Source: Leidyana gryllorum EB-2025a
Lineage: Eukaryota > Protista > Apicomplexa
NCBI GenBank assembly: GCA_048772705.1
Contig: JBLWGC010000104.1
Location: forward strand, 930,001 to 994,000
Reading direction: 5' to 3'
DNA: 64,000 nt
Of the stretch, positions 59,368-64,000 are shown piece by piece. The translations under genes were made by a program, and so were the position numbers. The first letter of the stretch is position 1; each line of letters opens with the position of its first letter. Under the pieces are notes generated by a model, which was not told where the DNA came from, searched no databases, and saw only the letters and a list, made by a program, of their open reading frames with translations.

Positions 59368-61344
59368 TCAAGAGAGTGCACAAGGTTCTAATGTATATGG
59401 CACCTCGTGATTCTGAAGGCTTATTCGCTTCAATCTTTCCCTTTCTTCCCGAGTGAGGCCTTTGCACAGATCTGAGGGCAGAGTGTTCTCACTGGGAGGA
59501 GTGGGAGCCGGTTCGTCAGCCTGTGGCTTGGGTGGCATCCTGGCCAGTCCGTTCTGTAAGGGACCTGTAAGGTTTTTTCGCCTCAAAGCCGCCAGCGCAG
59601 CCACGTTCTCCTCCACTGACGGTAACGCGTCTGCTACTCCCAACGGTTCTAACCGAGGTGGTGGACGGAATGCTGCAGGACCAATCTTTGAGGGGGTGCC
59701 GGTTTCAAAGTCTCTTTTGTACATTGGAGGTGATCGTGGTCGTGCTGGGAACTGATCAGATGTGTTGGGTCTCGTGGATCCAAGATCTGTGGTGATTTCA
59801 CGCTTTTGACCCAAGCGCTCAGGACGGATCCGCTGTTGGCGCGGAACAGCACATTCGGGACTTTCTGGTACCAACTCGGAAGCGAGAGGCTCATTGGAAC
59901 TGCTTGGCACATAATCCGCCTCAAAGACGGCACCGCTGTCTTCTATGAGTGTATCACTTATCAGATTCTGACCGCTGGGTCCTGGCGTGGCCTCTCTCTC
60001 CCTTTCCGCGTCAATGCTGCTGGGATCGCTCAGTTTGGGCAGGCGCAGGTTGCACACTGGTGACCTTTCGGTTTGTGGTGCCCGGCTACGTGGCAGTTGC
60101 AACACAACTGTAGGCCGGGAGACGCGGCTGCCGTCAGAGGCCGTCGAAGTTATACGCTTCAGAAGAGGCTCTGGAGGGGGACTGGCCGGCATTGGTGACG
60201 TTGCGGGGGTCGGTGACGGTTCAAAGGTGACCGGTGAGTCCAACGGTGGAGACTGGGAACCCCCTGAGATTGGAGGGCTCGGATTTGTTGATGGCTGGGA
60301 ACAACAATACAGAGGACCGGCCTCTCCCAAGGCTTCATCGAGGGGATTTTGTGAGGACAGTTTGATGAGACTCGGAGTGAGCTCGGGTGCGGGGCCCGAC
60401 GCCTCTGTTATCGCATGCTGAGCAGAGAGTAGCACATCCAGAGGAGTGTTGGCCAGATCGAACTGGTGGAGCTCTGTTTGGTTGAGGTGTGTTGGTGCTG
60501 GCGAAGACCGTCTTCGGGCAGGAACGGATGGTGGCGAGTGGTCAGGGCAGAAAGTGTCGTTCTTCGGTGTGGCGTCGCACGGTCCTCTGACTACCGAAGA
60601 AGCTGCAGATGGGAGCCCTATTTCGGCTCGGTATTCTCTGATGGGATCTTCTTTGATTGGAGAGAGACGTTTGGTGGTATTGGCGTGATTGGGTGCGCTA
60701 ACGTATATTACCCCGGCGCCGTCCTTATTTTGTCGAAGCCTGAGAACCGGAGTCAGGGGACTGGCAGACTTGACAGTGTATTCGATCTGTCTGGGAGTGG
60801 TGATTTTGGGGAGCTTGGCGTTCTCAAGTGTGTCGCAGAATCGGTCAATAACGGTTCGTGCTTCACGTGTGAAACGTTTGAGATGCTGTATTTCGTCGAA
60901 ACATTGACGTTTTAGTTCAGTGTCGAGTTCAGGTACTCTGACTGAAGCAGATCTTTGACCACCGCTAGGAGGTCGCTCCAGTCGACCCGTTCGAGGGACC
61001 GAGTGAGCCCGCATCGGGATACTTTTTGGCAAGGTGCAGGGTTCGCTCTCCAGTTCGATACATTGCTGATGAGTGAAAACAAACAAAGCCTTCCGTGGTA
61101 TTGGTTCTACAGATGCTTTCACCACCCTCCTTAGTGCTGGCCGATCAGTTGGAGCAGGTTTCTGAAAGGTTGGTTTGGCACCGGCCGTGCGAACTTTAGT
61201 CGACATGTCGTGCCAGGTCCCTCTAATCCATTGGAAGGTCTTGCGACTCGCTCGTTTGATGGAGTCCCTTGAGATTTTGACTTGCTGCAGTCCCCGCCCA
61301 GTGGAGAAATAGTAACTTCGGAGTCGATAAGTTGACGCCCTCAT
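59368..61344 (-). CDS. Pro/Ser-rich largely disordered protein, function unknown
   Basis: ~658-aa ORF from MRASTYR; low complexity, no recognised domain. Confidence 0.7.
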   Translation of the reverse strand: MRASTYRLRSYYFSTGRGLQQVKISRDSIKRASRKTFQWIRGTWHDMSTKVRTAGAKPTFQKPAPTDRPALRRVVKASVEPIPRKALFVFTHQQCIELESEPCTLPKSIPMRAHSVPRTGRLERPPSGGQRSASVRVPELDTELKRQCFDEIQHLKRFTREARTVIDRFCDTLENAKLPKITTPRQIEYTVKSASPLTPVLRLRQNKDGAGVIYVSAPNHANTTKRLSPIKEDPIREYRAEIGLPSAASSVVRGPCDATPKNDTFCPDHSPPSVPARRRSSPAPTHLNQTELHQFDLANTPLDVLLSAQHAITEASGPAPELTPSLIKLSSQNPLDEALGEAGPLYCCSQPSTNPSPPISGGSQSPPLDSPVTFEPSPTPATSPMPASPPPEPLLKRITSTASDGSRVSRPTVVLQLPRSRAPQTERSPVCNLRLPKLSDPSSIDAEREREATPGPSGQNLISDTLIEDSGAVFEADYVPSSSNEPLASELVPESPECAVPRQQRIRPERLGQKREITTDLGSTRPNTSDQFPARPRSPPMYKRDFETGTPSKIGPAAFRPPPRLEPLGVADALPSVEENVAALAALRRKNLTGPLQNGLARMPPKPQADEPAPTPPSENTLPSDLCKGLTREERERLKRISLQNHEVPYTLEPCALS

Positions 61345-61409
61345 CCTTTTCAAACCTATGTGTGGATGAAGCCTCTGTGTCGTTGGGGGCAGGAAAACTG
61401 GCTGTAAAA

Positions 61410-63056
61410 CTACGAGATTCGGACTTGATATGAGCCATTCTGAGTTATATACCGCACCCAGGGCAGAGCCTACGACAAATTTCGCTCGCGATCACCGCCA
61501 GGAAAACTCACCTGATATCCTGAGGTCTCAAATATCTTGAGATAGCGGACCTGGATCCCCGACCAGGTGAAATACGGGATCTCGAAACGCACTTCTACCG
61601 GGCGCTTATGGAATCCGTCGACATCCCCGCTTCCCACTGAGGGTCGGGACAGTGTAGCCGTCAACAGTTGCTCCCGTTGGCCCTGCATGTGCTTCAGGGT
61701 CCACACGAAACACTGCTTGTCAGGGTGATACTTGACGGATCCACTGGAGCTCTGCAGCAGACGAATTCATCCCGATGACCGGCAGAAAGGCAACGTGTCT
61801 CACCTTGAAATTGGGCGAACTGGCGTCTTTGGGAGCTGGGACAACCACTTCTACTAAAGACGCCACACTTCGAGGCTTGAAAGCAGACTTGATCTTTACA
61901 TAGTACACTGCCCGGGTGCTCGTAGGCTCTAGACTCGAGGGATCCAGCATACATTCTACCCACAGAGGCAATTGAGTCTGAGGGAGAGAGAGTAGAGTTG
62001 ATGACAGCGGCATGGAGCGACTGGACTCACATCATCTCCTTCGGGGCGTGCGTTAGTTAAGCGATAAGACATGAGCTCGAATTCACCATCGGGCGGCACG
62101 AATGAAATGGTTCCATCAGTCTCAAATTTGTTCAACCGAACACAATGATGAAACCGAACATTCTTGAGGTCAACCGTCGTTCCCTTGCCGGTGCCCGCTC
62201 GAGTGGAGTCGGTACTCTTATCATTCAGGCCCAACTTGAGCTCAGGCATCCCCGAGAGGAACGACTTCATTCGCATGACTCCCAATATCTCGCTATGTAA
62301 GACCTGCGCATTGGAACCGACCAGAGCGTCCACTCGCTCGATAACATCAACGAATATCTCATTCTTCTTGTGCTTAATTCCGTCGGCTCTGTTCGAGACG
62401 TGGAGATGGTGGAAAAGGGGGAAATGAATAGTCTCACCGCCAGGAGACGACATTTGTGACACACTGCGGGGCCGATGCCGAATCAGCCTGTTTAGCAGAC
62501 GTCGTTAACACTTTGCGCAGAATCTTTGGCTCAGTCAATTGCGGGAACCCATTGTCCATAACTTCGTCCAACTGTTGGAGAGACGTCAATTTTCATCTAC
62601 CAGTCAGTCAGTCAGCCGCGATACTCACGAGTTCATATGTTACAACGAAATTGTCCCGGATGGTGTCCTCCTCCAATTTGTTGTAATACATGGTTAGAAG
62701 CTGGGCTGGCATGGGGTGTGAGCGTTAAGGGATCGATGGGTACCTCGATCAATTTGCGAAGGAAAGCCATCAGCAAAGCAGCGTTGGCGTGCACCCGAGT
62801 AACAGCGAGTGCGTATATATCATTCTGCTTCATCCAGCAGTAAGAGATTCCTTCGTCGGCAAAGATAGGCTTGACTGACGCGGGGTCCGCATTGACAACA
62901 TACTGCGCGAACCTGTGGGAAATGCATGAGTCAGTAATGAGTCTTGTGTTGTTAAACCTACTTGTGGGGAACATCTGACAGGCTGACCTCGCCCCGGTAG
63001 TCGCGGGCCAGAATGGACTGGCCCTTGATGTCCAGGAGGAAAATGGCAGAGGCCAT
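61410..63056 (-). CDS. AP1M: Adaptor protein complex AP-1 mu subunit
   Basis: MASAIFLLDIKGQSILARDYRGEV, VSWR..KKNEIFVDVIE, SFLSGMPELKLGLND, SFVPPDGEFELMSYRL, FEIPYFT.SGIQVRYLKI and ALPWVRYITQNG.Y. Confidence 0.95.
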
Positions 63057-63109
63057 TGTAGGAAAAATTCTTCGGAAGGCATGGCCCCTCGGGCGTGAAG
63101 GAAGCTAGT

Positions 63110-64000
63110 ATGAACCATTCTCCGACTTCCACTCACCTGCTCTGGCGAGTCGAGAACGGGATGGACCCTGGCTCACCGCGATTGCACTATGGAGTGGATT
63201 CCAGCGCCACTCGGGGGCGTCCCGCCCCCATGTCGGCTAGAGGAGATATCTCCTATTACCGAACTGAGCTGCCTACCGCAGCCCGTTCGGTCACTCAAGT
63301 TCGAGCTTCCGATCTCGCTTCACCTCGCGCTGGCAGTCCCACCAGCTTGCACCTCACTCTTCCCGTCAATCGACTCCGTTCAGCGGAGCCCCTACCCCAG
63401 TCAGCCGCGCCCCCCCGAGTGTATCAAGCTGTGTCAAGGCCTCGCACTCTGACCGAAATTGGGCCCCGCATCGTGGCTGTGCGTGAAGCCATCTCACCTC
63501 GTCGTTTCGTTGTAGAACCCCACCGCCATGTATATCCCTTACAGCCCGAGCCGGGTTCAGTCCCAGTTTCGTCATTCCGTAAACACACTGACTGGACGGG
63601 TGCAGCAACCCCAACTACAGCTGCTCCTGCCCCTGCTCCCGTTGCCCCTCCTTCTCAAGCAGTCTCCGAAGCGCGCAGACTAATTGACCCGCAACAAAAG
63701 CTACGCGCGCGTCGTCTGCTTGAACAACCCAGTCAAAGCCGTCCTACTCGCAAACCGGCCAGCTCAATGGGGCGAGTTGTCGAGTCTTCACGCATCATTC
63801 CCCGCCTACCTCTCAAGGATCTAACAAGCAACGCGGGAGATACCCCCCGGCCCATGGCACTCACGTCCCGAGAAGTACGCGGGCCTGCCACCACCAAACC
63901 CACTTACGACAAACTCTCTGTGACGTCGGGAGCCGCCACCGCCCGTACGCAGCAACAACCCGCTGTTTTCCGACCGACTCCACATAAACGTGGGCAGGCA
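63110..64000 (+). CDS. Pro/Ser/Arg-rich protein running off the window end
   Basis: Frame from ATG 63110 (MNHSPTSTH) appears to stay open to base 64000 by hand translation. Divergent from AP1M with a 53-nt spacer. Confidence 0.65.
   Translation, partial: MNHSPTSTHLLWRVENGMDPGSPRLHYGVDSSATRGRPAPMSARGDISYYRTELPTAARSVTQVRASDLASPRAGSPTSLHLTLPVNRLRSAEPLPQSAAPPRVYQAVSRPRTLTEIGPRIVAVREAISPRRFVVEPHRHVYPLQPEPGSVPVSSFRKHTDWTGAATPTTAAPAPAPVAPPSQAVSEARRLIDPQQKLRARRLLEQPSQSRPTRKPASSMGRVVESSRIIPRLPLKDLTSNAGDTPRPMALTSREVRGPATTKPTYDKLSVTSGAATARTQQQPAVFRPTPHKRGQA

Noticed and set aside
61410-61438. Possible overlap of AP1M's last exon with ATG 61438 (MAHIKSE) of the next gene
   Set aside because: An in-frame ATG at 61344, downstream of the AP1M stop, explains the gene without overlap.
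1-64000. Stop-codon reassignment or programmed frameshifts to explain fragmented ORFs
   Set aside because: Breaks in conserved genes resolve as canonical GT-AG introns, and TAA, TAG and TGA all terminate conserved proteins at expected positions.

Overview
Gene-dense eukaryotic nuclear DNA from a myzozoan alveolate (apicomplexan or a relative, inferred from the CPW-WPC gene, ROM1-type rhomboid, ERD2-like receptor and SET+ankyrin gene). It uses the standard genetic code and has short (mostly ~40-60 nt) GT-AG introns. About 30 genes were assembled by hand: DUF2415-type WD40, Prp18, VDAC porin, rhomboid, VAMP7, ERD2-like, PITH, PNPOx-like, CHD remodeller, a divergent beta-tubulin, RPC4, three tandem GSTs, CPW-WPC, a P4-ATPase, a SET/MYND/ankyrin protein with a 36-bp array, and AP-1 mu. 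Three things stand out. (1) A ~10.7-kb orphan island at 42.1-52.8 kb holds a four-member paralog family (coiled coil, some members with N-terminal MG or glycine zippers; one copy decayed) around a 1,105-aa intronless ORF with weak haemagglutinin/CdiA-like character. (2) Gene packing is extreme, with stop/start overlaps (TGATG, ATGA), a coding overlap and 20-70 nt spacers. (3) Two candidate start-proximal elements recur: an oligo-T tract just upstream of 13 ATGs, and an identical 15-mer CACACACGTGTGCTG ahead of two secreted-protein genes. All identifications come from motif recognition only; no searches were run.
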